Positions 1 to 11,351 of a stretch of DNA of 39,239 nucleotides are shown here, piece after piece. Below the pieces are notes generated by a model, which had not been told where the DNA came from, ran no database searches, and saw only the letters and a list, made by a program, of their open reading frames with translations. The translations under genes and the position numbers were made by a program. The DNA is from Prasinococcaceae sp. CCMP 1430 (lineage: Eukaryota; Plantae; Prasinodermophyta): contig RQSC01000824.1 in the NCBI GenBank assembly GCA_013416795.1, positions 48,520 through 87,758 of the forward strand, read 5' to 3'. Within the stretch, counting starts at the first letter, position 1, and every line of letters starts with the position of its first letter.

Positions 1-166
1 TTTTTTTTTGCGCGCGTGCGCGTGCGCGGGCGGAGGCGCCACACAGCAGCGCGCGAGAGGCAGCCGGCGGTGCACACGAGCCCCGCGTGCGCCTCGAGGC
101 GGAAGCCTCCCTGAACGAGCTCACGCGCGTGCACTCGACGGGGCGAGCGCACTCGTTCGACCGGCG

Positions 167-1219
167 ATGGACGCCGGCGTCAGCGGCGTCGGCGGAAGCG
201 GCAGCGCGGGCGAGGCGTGGGTGGCGTCGGCACGGAGCGCGCGCCACGCGGTGTTGCTGGCAATCCAGGCGCTCGGCGTCAACGAGGCGGCCGTGCGCGA
301 GGCGCGTGCGGAGAGTGACGCGATAAGGGCGGAGATCGAATGGGCCGACAATGGATGCAGGAATGCAATCGGCTGCAATGCCGGTGCGGCTGTCGACGCC
401 ATTGACAGTGCCGCGGTCGGCAGCAACTGTGGTTCCGGAGGCCTCCGCTCTGCGTCGGCGGAGCGCTCGCGCAAGGCGCTGCTGCTGGTGACGCAGGTGT
501 TTGGTGCCAGCGCCGTCGCCGTGCGGGAGGCGCGCGCTGAGCTCGCTGCCTTGAAGGAGGAGCTTGACCTGTCCCTTACTAGAGTGAAGCCGCTGGGTGA
601 TGAAGCGTTTGTGCCAGAACCTTTGGACGTGAACGTACTGCTCTGGCATGCCGCCCGATACGGTGCGGAGTATGCGCTCCGGCACGCGTTGTCGCGAGGC
701 GCGAAAGTGGATTTTGGCGCACTTTTCTGCGCAATTCATGGCGGCAACATTAATTGCCTTCGGCTGTTGCTCGAGGCCGGGGCCGACATAGACAGTGCTG
801 GTTACTATGGCATGGGACCGTTGGATCTCAATGGCATGACACCGTTAAATGTGTCGGCTCTGTGCGGGCAGCTTGATTGCCTGCAGTTGCTGCTCGAGGC
901 GGGTGCCGAGACGGACAAGGCAGATCAGAATGGTAGAGTTGCGTTGTTTTACGCCGCTTGGTGGGGCCGTGTCGACTGCCTGCGGCTGTTGCTGGAGGCT
1001 GGCGCCGACAAGAACAAAAGCGACACGAATGGCAACACACCCCTGCATCAGGCGGCTCGGGTTGGACACCTTGATTGCCTGCGGCTGCTGCTCGAGGCTG
1101 GCGCCGACGCATCCGCTCGCAACAAGGAAGGCGAAACGCCGCTCGACATCGCCGAAGCATGCAACACCAAGGAGGCCGCGGCGCTGCTGCGCCAGCACGC
1201 CACCCCCCGCGCGCCGTAG
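167..1219 (+). CDS. Ankyrin repeat protein
   Basis: ATG at 167 in ORF 8..1219. C-terminal half has about 5 ankyrin repeats (GxTPLHxAAxxGHLDCLRLLLEAGAD). N-terminus has a duplicated helical motif (RSARHAVLLAIQALGVNEAAVREARAE / RSRKALLLVTQVFGASAVAVREARAE). Confidence 0.85.
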   Translation: MDAGVSGVGGSGSAGEAWVASARSARHAVLLAIQALGVNEAAVREARAESDAIRAEIEWADNGCRNAIGCNAGAAVDAIDSAAVGSNCGSGGLRSASAERSRKALLLVTQVFGASAVAVREARAELAALKEELDLSLTRVKPLGDEAFVPEPLDVNVLLWHAARYGAEYALRHALSRGAKVDFGALFCAIHGGNINCLRLLLEAGADIDSAGYYGMGPLDLNGMTPLNVSALCGQLDCLQLLLEAGAETDKADQNGRVALFYAAWWGRVDCLRLLLEAGADKNKSDTNGNTPLHQAARVGHLDCLRLLLEAGADASARNKEGETPLDIAEACNTKEAAALLRQHATPRAP

Positions 1220-1279
1220 AGGGCCGAACTCGCCCACGACCGGACCCGCAGGCCACGCGAGCGCCTGCAGCGCTGCGCA

Positions 1280-2010
1280 TGCGTGCGCGTACGCAGCCGA
1301 GCAGGGCTCGACGGGCGGCGTCAGGCTGCTGCTCGAGGCGGGCGCCGACACGGAAAAGGCCGACGCGCAAGGCCGGAGTGCGTTGATGCTCGCAATGCAG
1401 GAGCGTGGGTGTCAGGAGGGCAGGCGCGAGTGCATCCAGCACTGTCTTCTCTCACAACTGGTGTAAAAAATCCACATTTGTGGAAAAAGTACACAGGATT
1501 GTCAGCAGCCCTCCGGGCGAGACGATGGTAGCCCCTATTCGACCGGCGCCGGCGCCCCGATCGCGCCGGTAGCTCGTACCGGGGCTGCGCTGGGCCGCTC
1601 GGGGCATCGCAGGGCGCGAAGCGGGACCTACATGGGTTTTGGTTTAAGGACGACTTCGCAGCCTTCACAGACGACATAATCACGATGTACAATCGCGTCC
1701 AACATGCCGTCGGTGCCGGGTCTACGAGGCTGCGCGTGCCGCCAACCCGCGCACATGAGCTCTCGCGCATGTGTGGGCGCCGCTAGGCTGCCTGGCGCTG
1801 CCCCTTGCTCCGCCGCCGCGCCCCCAGGTGTGGGGTTGTGAGCACGTGTCAAAACTGTGGAATTTTTCCACAATTTTCTGTGAGAGAAGACACCAGCTGC
1901 TGCTCGATAGTAAGAGCGCCGACAAGGACAAGTGAGATCGTTTCGGTGACCCCCCCCCCCTCTCCCCACCTCGCAGGTGGTGTCGACTGCCTCGAGAGGC
2001 TGCTCCGGCC
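1280..2010 (+). pseudogene. Degenerate ankyrin repeat relic interrupted by an insertion
   Basis: YAAEQGSTGGVRLLLEAGADTEKADAQGRSALMLA...RECIQ before 1441, resuming as QLLLDSKSADKDK from 1894, with a further GVDCLERLL fragment near 1979-2005. No intact frame. Confidence 0.6.
1441..1892. mobile_element. Non-autonomous TIR element (MITE-like or solo-LTR-like) with 5-bp target site duplication
   Basis: Perfect 14-bp inverted repeat TGTCTTCTCTCACA (1443-1456) / TGTGAGAGAAGACA (1879-1892). Subterminal inverted blocks TTGTGGAAAAA..CACAG (1478-1496) / CTGTG..TTTTTCCACAA (1855-1873). Flanking direct repeat CCAGC at 1436-1440 and 1893-1897. Confidence 0.75.
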
Positions 2011-2105
2011 AGGCGGCGGCGGTCACGGCGTGCGCAGGAGACGGCAGCGAGAGTCCGACGTCGACGACGAGCACGAGCGTGTGCGTGTGTGTGGTAAACC
2101 TTTCA

Positions 2106-3057
2106 TTACTCGGTCGCGTGCGCCACTCCGCCGTCCGACGGCGCCGCCTCTGCCGCGCTCCCCGCCGTGCCTGCCCCCTCCGCTGCGGACGCCGCGTTCG
2201 CGGCGGCGCGCAGCATCGCGCGGGCGACGAGCGCGTNNNNNNNNNNNNNNNNNNNNNNNNNNNNNNNNNNNNNNNNNNNNNNNNNNNNNNNNNNNNNNNN
2301 NNNNNNNNNNNNNNNNNNNNNNNNNNNNNNNNNNNNNNNNNNNNNNNNNNNNNNNNNNNNNNNNNNNNNNNNNNNNNNNNNNNNNNNNNNNNNNNNNNNN
2401 NNNNNNNNNNNNNNNNNNNNNNNNNNNNNNNNNNNNNNNNNNNNNNNNNNNNNNNNNNNNNNNNNNNNNNNNNNNNNNNNNNNNNNNNNNNNNNNNNNNN
2501 NNNNNNNNNNNNNNNNNNNNNNNNNNNNNNNNNNNNNNNNNNNNNNNNNNNNNNNNNNNNNNNNNNNNNNNNNNNNNNNNNNNNNNNNNNNNNNNNNNNN
2601 NNNNNNNNNNNNNNNNNNNNNNNNNNNNNNNNNNNNNNNNNNNNNNNNNNNNNNNNNNNNNNNNNNNNNNNNNNNNNNNNNNNNNNNNNNNNNNNNNNNN
2701 NNNNNNNNNNNNNNNNNNNNNNNNNNNNNNNNNNNNNNNNNNNNNNNNNNNNNNNNNNNNNNNNNNNNNNNNNNNNNNNNNNNNNNNNNNNNNNNNNNNN
2801 NNNNNNNNNNNNNNNNNNNNNNNNNNNNNNNNNNNNNNNNNNNNNNNNNNNNNNNNNNNNNNNNNNNNNNNNNNNNNNNNNNNNNNNNNNNNNNNNNNNN
2901 NNNNNNNNNNNNNNNNNNNNNNNNNNNNNNNNNNNNNNNNNNNNNNNNNNNNNNNNNNNNNNNNNNNNNNNNNNNNNNNNNNNNNNNNNNNNNNNNNNNN
3001 NNNNNNNNNNNNNNNNNNNNNNNNNNNNNNNNNNNNNNNNNNNNNNNNNNNNNNNNN

Positions 3058-3153
<96 letters not shown>

Positions 3154-6100
3154 ACGCACACGCACACGCACACCCGAGCACACACACGCAGGCACGCAGG
3201 CACGCACCTCGAGCACGTCCGCGTAGTGCTCGTACTCGCGGTCGGGCTCGAAGACCACCTTGGCGGCGAGCCGCCCGCCGGCCTTGAGCGACCCCCTGGC
3301 GGGGCTCGCGTAGAACGCCGCCAGGCCGTCCGCGTTGCGCGCGTCGCCCCTCCCGAGCGTCCTCATCTCGAAGCGGACGTCGAACGGCGAGTCGTTCACC
3401 AGCTCGAGCTCCCTCTCCGCGGGGGCGTCGGGGCCGGTCGCGCCCCTGCGCGCGCCGACGTCGCCGAGGTCGAGGGCGTAGGCTCCGTCGACCTCGTCGA
3501 GGGCGTCGCCTTCGAGGCGCAGGGCGGGCGACACGCCCTCGCCCACCAGCTGCAGCCGCACGCGCGAGCGCCCGCAGAGCAGCGTGAACACCTCCGCGCG
3601 CGGCCCCGCGGAGCCCGGCGCGAAGGTGAGCTTGGCCGCGTGCGAGCCGCCGCGCGCCGCCAGCGGCCTGAGCGCGTTCACCCGCGCGAAGGGGCCGTGC
3701 GGGTCGGCCGCGGAGAGCTCCGAGAGCTCCGCGGGGAACTCGGCAAGGTTGGTGAGGTGCACCGTGCGCAGCGCGGCGCCACCGACGGGGACCTTGCCGA
3801 AGTCCACTCTGTAGTAGGAGGCCGCGTCGGCCGCGCCGGGGACCTCCGCGGCGCCCTCCACCTCCACCTCGCGCTCGATGGCGCACGTGTGCACCTCGAG
3901 GTGCAGAGGCACGTCCGCGCCGCCGCCTGCGGGGTCGTCGGCGCGAGGCTGGATGTGCAGCACCACCGTCCACGCGCCGCGCTCGCAGAGGCTGTCGCCC
4001 GCGTCGACCGCGGCCTCGGCGTCGACGACCTCGGCGTCGACATCGAAGCGCACCGCCTCGCCGTTCACACTCGCCGCCTCGCCGTCGGCGACCACACTCG
4101 CCGCCTCGCCGTCGCCGTTCACACTCGCAACCTCGCCGCCGTCGCTGTTCACGCTCGCCGCCTCGCCGTCGGCGCCCACGTCGGCGCCGTCGCCAGCGAC
4201 GCCGTCGCTGGCGGCGACCTCCCCCGCGCCGGCGCCCTCCGTCGCGTCCGCCCCTACGCCCGCCGGCGATGGCACGTGGTCGATCTGCACCCTCTGCCTG
4301 CAGCCCGGCGCCACCGTCGCGACGGCGGGGCAGAGCACCAGCCCCGAACCCTCGGGCACGTCGAGCTCGAACGCCTGCGCGACGTCCGTGCGGTTGGCGA
4401 CGTACACCGAGGCGCTGGAGACGTCGCCGCGCGGGGTGGCGGGCAGGCGCACCACGTTGTGGGAGAGCGACAGGGCGGGCGTCACGCCCGTGGCGGAGAG
4501 CGACACGCGGTGGGTGTTGCCGTGCGGCAGCGTGCGGCAGGGGAGGGACAGTCGCGCGTCGCCCGCGCGCGGCGGCGCGTACGAGACTGTGCGTGTGACC
4601 GTCTCGTGCGGCAACAGCACGCCGAAGGCGCCCCCGTCGCCCCCCTCCACCCTCGCGCCGGGCGGCAGCCCGACGAAGCCGAAGCGCTGCGGCAGCGCCG
4701 AGGCGTTGGTGATCCGCAGCGGCGCCGCAGCGCGCTCGCCGACGGCCACGCGGCCGAGGCTGAGGCGCGGTGGATCGAAGCGCAGGTCGGCGGTGGTGAG
4801 CGCGGCGCGCAGGACGACGTCGCAGGGGAGCGCCTGGCCGTGCACGGCGATGCGCACGGGCGCCTCCACCACGGGCGCATCGGCGGCGCCCTCCACCAGC
4901 AGCCCGTGCCTGCGCGCGGCGTCGAGCATCTCGGGCCTCGGGCTGAGCTTCACCCTGAAGACGAACTTCTCCTTGGGCTGGCAGAAGGCCATCCTGGGCA
5001 GGAACTCGACGAAGCCCGCCAGCGCGGGGTGCGGCATCACCCGGCACCTGAGGGCGCAATTGGAGGCGTTGCGCACGGCGACCTCCGAGCGGTACAGCCG
5101 CCCGTGCACGCACGTCTTGAAGTCCACGAGGCCCGCGTCGACGGTGACGGCCACGGGTGCGCCCGAGCCGGAGAGCGCGACGTCGATCGGCGGAGGCGGC
5201 GAGGCGCGGCCACCCACCCGCGCGCCGTCGAAGCTGACGCGCAGGCTCGCGTCGAGCGGCGCCTCCGTTTTGGGGGCGTACGTCACCACCACCGCGCACT
5301 CGCCGTACGCCCCAACCACGCCCGACTCGGTGAAGCTCAGCGCGGCGGCGGCGTCGGCGCCGTGTGTGCCGCCGTCGGTGCCACCGCCGACGATCTCCAC
5401 GGTGAAGGGCGCCTCCAGGACGCCCGCGTTGCAAAGCCGCACCGTGCGGCTGCGCACCTCCCCCAGGGTGACGCCGCCGAAGTCGAGGCTGTTCGTCGAG
5501 GCGCTCACGTCGCACCTGCGCTTGGTGCACACCAGCGGCACGTCCACGCGCCCCGTCTCGGAGAGCAAGGGAAGCACCGTGTCAATGTCCTCGTCAAGCT
5601 TGGGCTCGAACGCCACCGTCAGCTCGCAGCCCATGCCCGGGGCGACCTTGCCCGGGAAGGTGTACGTCACGGCGAAGAAGTCCTTGAAGGCGGCGTCGAT
5701 TTCAAGCAGCCTGAAGGCGCTGTACCCGCGGCTGGCGTTGGTGAGCGTGACCCTCTGGCGATACACCTTGCCGACTTCAAAGTCGCGGAAGAGGATGATG
5801 TCCGGCGTGGCGATGAATGCGGGGGCCTGACGCTCCTTGCCCAGCGCCGCCTGCGGCTCGACGAGGTTCTTCCTGGCGCGCGCGCGCGCCTCGGCGAGGT
5901 AGCGCTCCTCCAGCTTGGAGCGTGGCGGCACGTGCAGGCGCTCTCGGGACGCGTGCGTTTCGCTTCCAGGATCGCCGTCGAGGGCGACGCGGCCGCGTTG
6001 GACGCCACGCGCCTTTCTCGCGTTGGGGACGCCAAGATTTGTCTCCGCGTGCCACCGTCCCTCGAACTCTGGCTCGGCGTACACCTCGAGCTCGTCCTCC

Positions 6101-8071
6101 GCAGCGCTGCCGGTCGGCGGCTCCGAGTCGGCAACGCTCACGCCCTCATCTGCCACCTCCCCGTCGTCGCCGTCCGCGCCGCCGAGCGCGCGCACGGCCG
6201 CGCGCTCGGCATCGGCCTCGAGCTCGGCCGGGGACCCGCGCGCAGTCCCCGCGCGCGCCTCGTCGAGGCGCGCGTAGTCGCGCGGCGGACGGCTGAGCAG
6301 CAGCGCGTTGGGCGCGGCGTCGGGGTGGCGCGCGTGGACGCGGTCGATGGTGGCGTCGTCGGCGCGCCCCAAGCCGAAGTCCGACGTGCGCGCGGCCATG
6401 ACGTGCGACGGGAAGGGTTTTGCCTTGCCGTCGGGTTCAAGGATGGTGTCGCCGGAGAGCGTGTTCTGCGCCATGTACCGCTCGTTCTCGGCGTCCCTGA
6501 CGTGCGGGCCGAGCGTCGCCTGGTAGCGGGCCTGGTGCTCGGCCTCCACGCGCGTCCTCTCGATCTCGCGCGAGTAGAGCTCCTCGTCGCGCGCCACGCG
6601 CGACCGCACGCTCCCCATGCGGCGCTCCTGCGCGCGAGCGGCGCGCCGCGCCGCGGCGGCGTCCTCTCGCGCGACCTCCTTGCGCCTGAAGACCACGTAC
6701 GGGTTTTGGCCGTCCGCAAGCAGGTCTTGGAACTCGCGCTCGTGCGCCTCCCTCTCCCTCTCGTGGCGCTGGGCGGCCGCAGCCGCCCGCGCGCGCACCC
6801 TCTCCGCGGCTGCCTCGGTGGACGCCTTCAGGTCGAGGAGCACCTCGGCGCGCCGTCGCGCTCGCTCCTCACACTGCTCGTCGAACTTGGCTCGGCTGGC
6901 GGCGGCCGCCGCGTTGGAGGCGCGCACTCGCGCCACGGCGCGCTTGCGAGCGGCGCGCGCCGCCGCGACGGCCATCCGTTCGTCCTCCTCCCGGCGCTCG
7001 AGCGCACGCTGCGCCTCGTCGCGCGCCTTGGCGCGCCGCGCCGCAGGCGACCGCGCGCGCCTCAGCCTCGAGCGCTGCGGTGGCGTAGGCCGCGTCGGCG
7101 TCGGCGTCGCGCGCGTCGCGCTCCGTGAGCTCCGCCTCCAGCGAGGCGGCGGCCATCGCGTCCAGCTCGGCGTCGCGCAGCTGCTCGTGTGCGTCGGCCT
7201 CCGCCTCCGCGGCGCTCGCGTGCTCGCCGTTGAGGAAGCGCGCGTGCGCGAGCCGCGCGGCGTCGACGCTGCGCCGCGCGGCGGCGAGCCTCCCCGACGC
7301 GGCACCCTCGGCGCGCAGTCGCGCGTGCTCGGCCACCTTTCCCTCAGCGTCCACCTCGAGGTCGGCGAGGTCCAGCTGCGCTTTGTGCAGGCGGCCCCTG
7401 GCCACATCGAACTCGCGGCCGCAGCGCACCAGCCGCTCGTTGGCCGCCTCGACGCTGCGGTGCAGGCCCTTGTGCGCTAGCGCGTCGCGCCTCCGCGCGG
7501 CCGGCCTGAAGTCCGTCCCCGCAAAGCTCGCCATTCCAGTCGCGTGCTTGACCTCGTCCTCTCCACTCGGGGCCGCCTCGCCCTCGTCGGGTGCTCGTCG
7601 GTCTGTCGGCTGCCTCTCCGGCCGCAGCTCGGCCGCGTGCGCCGCGGGAAAGAGCGCGTCCAGGTCGAATTCGGACGCGAGCGCATCGAGGGCCGGCGCA
7701 TCGTCACGCGCCGGACCGAGCGGGTCGTCCTCACTCTGCCCGTCGTCGTCGTCGGACGATGCCGGCGTGGTTTCAGGCTGTGAGGTCGTTGCGTCCCCGG
7801 CCGCCGCGCCCTGGCCGGCGTCCCTTCCGGCGACGTCCGCGCTCCCCTCGCCGCGTCCGGCGCGCCCGGGCTCGGCCTCCTGCTCTGCGACCGCGTCACG
7901 ACCGAGGCTGTCGGTGGGCGGCGGCGCCAGCTCGCCCGTCCCGCCATCCGAGGCGCCCTCGACCTTGTCCTCATCGCTGGGCGCGAGCGACGCACCGCCG
8001 TCGATCGCCGCGGTTTCCGGCTCGGGCTCCGGTGATGGCGGCGCCGCCGCGTCCGCGCCCGCTTCCGCCAT
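2106..8071 (-). CDS. CFAP74: Cilia- and flagella-associated protein 74 (central pair), multi-exon, partly in gap
   Basis: ATG at 8071 (MAEAGAD...). Coiled-coil N-terminus followed by Ig-like ASH-type domains, with the characteristic FIATPDIILFRDFEVGKVYRQRVTLTN...PGKVAPGMGCELTVAFEPKLDEDI. Frame switch near 7027-7051. Donor GTGCGT at 3207. Probable last exon ends in TAA at 2106-2108 beyond the gap (tentative). Confidence 0.8.
3058..3190. repeat. (CA)n microsatellite in CFAP74 intron, bordering the gap
   Basis: Direct reading: long ACAC run grading into CACG units. Confidence 0.95.
4052..4175 (-). repeat. Coding minisatellite in CFAP74 (DGEAASVN-like units)
   Basis: Translation ADGEAASVNSDGGEVASVNGDGEAASVVADGEAASVNGEAV: four or five imperfect 27-30 bp units. 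Confidence 0.8.
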
Positions 8072-8639
8072 CGCCGCGGCGGACGCGGACGCGCTGGTGG
8101 TGGANNNNNNNNNNNNNNNNNNNNNNNNNNNNNNNNNNNNNNNNNNNNNNNNNNNNNNNNNNNNNNNNNNNNNNNNNNNNNNNNNNNNNNNNNNNNNNNN
8201 NNNNNNNNNNNNNNNNNNNNNNNNNNNNNNNNNNNNNNNNNNNNNNNNNNNNNNNNNNNNNNNNNNNNNNNNNNNNNNNNNNNNNNNNNNNNNNNNNNNN
8301 NNNNNNNNNNNNNNNNNNNNNNNNNNNNNNNNNNNNNNNNNNNNNNNNNNNNNNNNNNNNNNNNNNNNNNNNNNNNNNNNNNNNNNNNNNNNNNNNNNNN
8401 NNNNNNNNNNNNNNNNNNNNNNNNNNNNNNNNNNNNNNNNNNNNNNNNNNNNNNNNNNNNNNNNNNNNNNACCAGCCGGCGAGAGGAGGAACCTGCTGCC
8501 TGGCGCGTATGGAAGGGGCGCGCGTGCGGGCCGGTCTGTCTGTCTGTCTGTCCGTCTGCCTTTCGTCGTCGGCGGCGGCCGGCGGCGCGTGGCATGCGCG
8601 CATGCGCGCGTTCGGGGAACCGCGCCGGAACCGGCGCCA

Positions 8640-9290
8640 ACACACATGCACACAAAAATCACATAATTCCAATTCTTACAGTACGTTGGTCAAAATATGC
8701 ATAAACGCGCATTTATTTACAATCTAAATTCTTTGCGTGATGTACATCGAAGTGCATGCGCTCGAACGTCCGCATGCGTCACATGCTGGGAGCGTGTCCA
8801 ACCGCAACATACCTCAGCGCCACTTTGAGGTATTTACTAAAAAGGGTTAACATTTGAGTCGTATTCAGGTTCATCCTGACCTGGGTTCCAATTTTAACGC
8901 TCGGAATTCAAAATGTATGAAAAGTTCCAAAGTAAATATATTCATTAAAACGTTCTTTCGCCGCTTATGGATTCTGCACATTTCATCGCAATGCAAATTT
9001 GGATTCCATTTCGCCGCCGACGGCGCCAACCCGTTTTTCCCCCGGGGGATTTTCGTCGGGTTTTACGCGCACAAATCCGAGCGAAAATCAAAAACGCGCC
9101 GGCCATCAAAACGCGTCGCCGCGGGGCCGCCACGTCGAGCGCCAATTCGGCTTTTTTTGTTCGCGGTGGGGCGGCGGCGGCAGGTTTGAAAACCCCTCCG
9201 TAAAAAATAATGTACATCTCATGACAAGTATGACATAACGGATGGAAGTCCAAATTATGATAATAGCGTTTTTTACGCTGCTGTCTTTTG
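8640..9290. promoter_or_regulatory. AT-rich intergenic region, probable bidirectional promoter between CFAP74 and RPL40
   Basis: Sharp GC drop between divergently oriented genes. No credible ORF. Confidence 0.4.
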
Positions 9291-10307
9291 CGCGCAGCGG
9301 GTGCGCGCGCGCGCGCCCGCGGGCGGCACACGGTGCGCGCGGCGCGTTGTGCACCCCCCCCGGCGGCAGCCATGCAGGTGCGTCGCCGCCGACGGCTACA
9401 GGCGCCGCGCGAGCGCGAGCGGGGAGCGCGAGGGCGGCGAACGGGGCGGCGTGTGTGGGAGGCGCCGCGCGCCTCGTCGCCCNNNNNNNNNNNNNNNNNN
9501 NNNNNNNNNNNNNNNNNNNNNNNNNNNNNNNNNNNNNNNNNNNNNNNNNNNNNNNNNNNNNNNNNNNNNNNNNNNNNNNNNNNNNNNNNNNNNNNNNNNN
9601 NNNNNNNNNNNNNNNNNNNNNNNNNNNNNNNNNNNNNNNNNNNNNNNNNNNNNNNNNNNNNNNNNNNNNNNNNNNNNNNNNNNNNNNNNNNNNNNNNNNN
9701 NNNNNNNNNNNNNNNNNNNNNNNNNNNNNNNNNNNNNNNNNNNNNNNNNNNNNNNNNNNNNNNNNNNNNNNNNNNNNNNNNNNNNNNNNNNNNNNNNNNN
9801 NNNNNNNNNNNNNNNNNNNNNNNNNNNNNNNNNNNNNNNNNNNNNNNNNNNNNNNNNNNNNNNNNNNNNNNNNNNNNNNNNNNNNNNNNNNNNNNNNNNN
9901 NNNNNNNNNNNNNNNNNNNNNNNNNNNNNNNNNNNNNNNNNNNNNNNNNNNNNNNNNNNNNNNNNNNNNNNNNNNNNNNNNNNNNNNNNNNNNNNNNNNN
10001 NNNNNNNNNNNNNNNNNNNNNNNNNNNNNNNNNNNNNNNNNNNNNNNNNNNNNNNNNNNNNNNNNNNNNNNNNNNNNNNNNNNNNNNNNNNNNNNNNNNN
10101 NNNNNNNNNNNNNNNNNNNNNNNNNNNNNNNNNNNNNNNNNNNNNNNNNNNNNNNNNNNNNNNNNNNNNNNNNNNNNNNNNNNNNNNNNNNNNNNNNNNN
10201 NNNNNNNNNATCGCGGTGCCGCCCGCTGTCTTGTTCGCCGCGGCGGCGACGCGCCCGTCGCGCGCCGGTGGCGGCGCGCGCGCGGCGGAAGGGCGATGGG
10301 GAGGGAA

Positions 10308-10445
10308 GGCGCTTTGAAGTTTGACCTGGTGGCAGCCTCTCACTGCCCCGGGATGAATATTGGCGCCCAGAGCGACGACCCGCGCACACTTTACTGCCCG
10401 GCGCACCTTCGATCGCTGTCGCAGCCATGCAGCGTGGGGACACGC
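10308..10445 (+). ncRNA. Candidate intronic box H/ACA snoRNA
   Basis: Hairpin 1: GGCGCT/GGCGCC lower stem, CCTGG-T-GGCAG/CTGCC-CCGGG upper stem. AGA hinge at 10369. Hairpin 2: CCCGCGC/GCGTGGG lower stem, CTGC..GCAG upper stem. ACA at 10440-10442. Lies in the presumed intron of a ribosomal protein gene. Confidence 0.6.
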
Positions 10446-10570
10446 GCCCGCGTGAACACCCGCGCACGCCCGCTGGCCGCGCGAGGCGCACGCGAGCTGA
10501 CCCACCTCGCCCCGCCGGGTCGTCGCTACCTCCTTCCTCCCCCACCCCATTCCCTCCCGCGGCCGCGCAG

Positions 10571-10675
10571 CGCCACAACAAGTGCTACGCCCGCCTCCAC
10601 CCGCGCGCCGTGAACTGCAGGAAGAAGAAGTGCGGACACACCAACCAGCTGCGCGTGAAGAAGAAGCTCAAGTAA
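10571..10675 (+). CDS. RPL40: Ribosomal protein eL40 (ubiquitin-L40 fusion), last exon; upstream exons presumably in gap 9483-10209
   Basis: [31 protein letters not shown] is the conserved eL40 zinc-finger tail. Preceded by a CTGAC branch point (10497) and a pyrimidine tract. Exact acceptor (10570 or 10582) uncertain. Confidence 0.92.
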   Translation, partial: RHNKCYARLHPRAVNCRKKKCGHTNQLRVKKKLK

Positions 10676-11099
10676 GCGCGAGGCTGCTTACATCCGCGCA
10701 GCTTTGATAAGAATTGTGTGACACTAAGGACAGCCCCGTCTGCGGACGCTTGCTCGCTCGCTGCTCATTGCCGCCGCGCGTGCCGCGCGTGCTCTCCGCC
10801 GGCTGCGACGCACGACGCTCGCCACTGTCGGAACGGACCGACGAACGGCCGACGCGTATCGAGTTCTTACTGTCGCTGCTGTGAGACTCCAAGTGTCGAG
10901 CGCGACGCTGCTTACCTGCGCGCGGCTTCGGTAAGATTTTGAGTGTGACTGAGGAAAGTCGCCTCCTCCAGAGCGAGCCTCCACGACCGCTTGCTCGCTC
11001 GGCTCATCATTGCCACCGCCCTCGTCCTCCGCCGGCTGTGGTGTGAGGTGCTTGCCACGGTCGAAATGGACCGACGCACGGCGGCCGCATCTCGCACCC

Positions 11100-11351
11100 T
11101 CAGTGTCGTTGCTGCGAGGCCATCTCGATGTCACCGCCCGCCGGCGCCGGCGCCTTCTCCTCCGGCTCCGTCTGCACGATGCTCGCCACGTTGGCGACCA
11201 GCCAGCTGAGGGCCGCCGCGAGCTGCAGCGCGTCCCCCGCGATCGTTATGCCGTACAAGAAGACGCTCACGATCCAGCAGATGCTCGCCGCGGTCTGGCC
11301 GAGCCACTCGATCCTCATCATCTTCTTGACCATCGCCTGGGCCTTGCTCAT
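11100..11351 (-). CDS. Small membrane protein with two predicted TM helices, 83 aa, unknown function
   Basis: ATG in good context, GC3-rich codons, two hydrophobic segments (WLGQTAASICWIVSVFLYG; ALQLAAALSWLVANVASIV). Confidence 0.65.
   Translation of the reverse strand: MSKAQAMVKKMMRIEWLGQTAASICWIVSVFLYGITIAGDALQLAAALSWLVANVASIVQTEPEEKAPAPAGGDIEMASQQRH

Noticed and set aside
1628-10613. Long ORFs running through N gaps (e.g. 1628..5530, 2167..7128, 9106..10581)
   Set aside because: Artefacts of N runs, (CA)n repeats and stop-poor GC-rich alternative or antisense frames of CFAP74.
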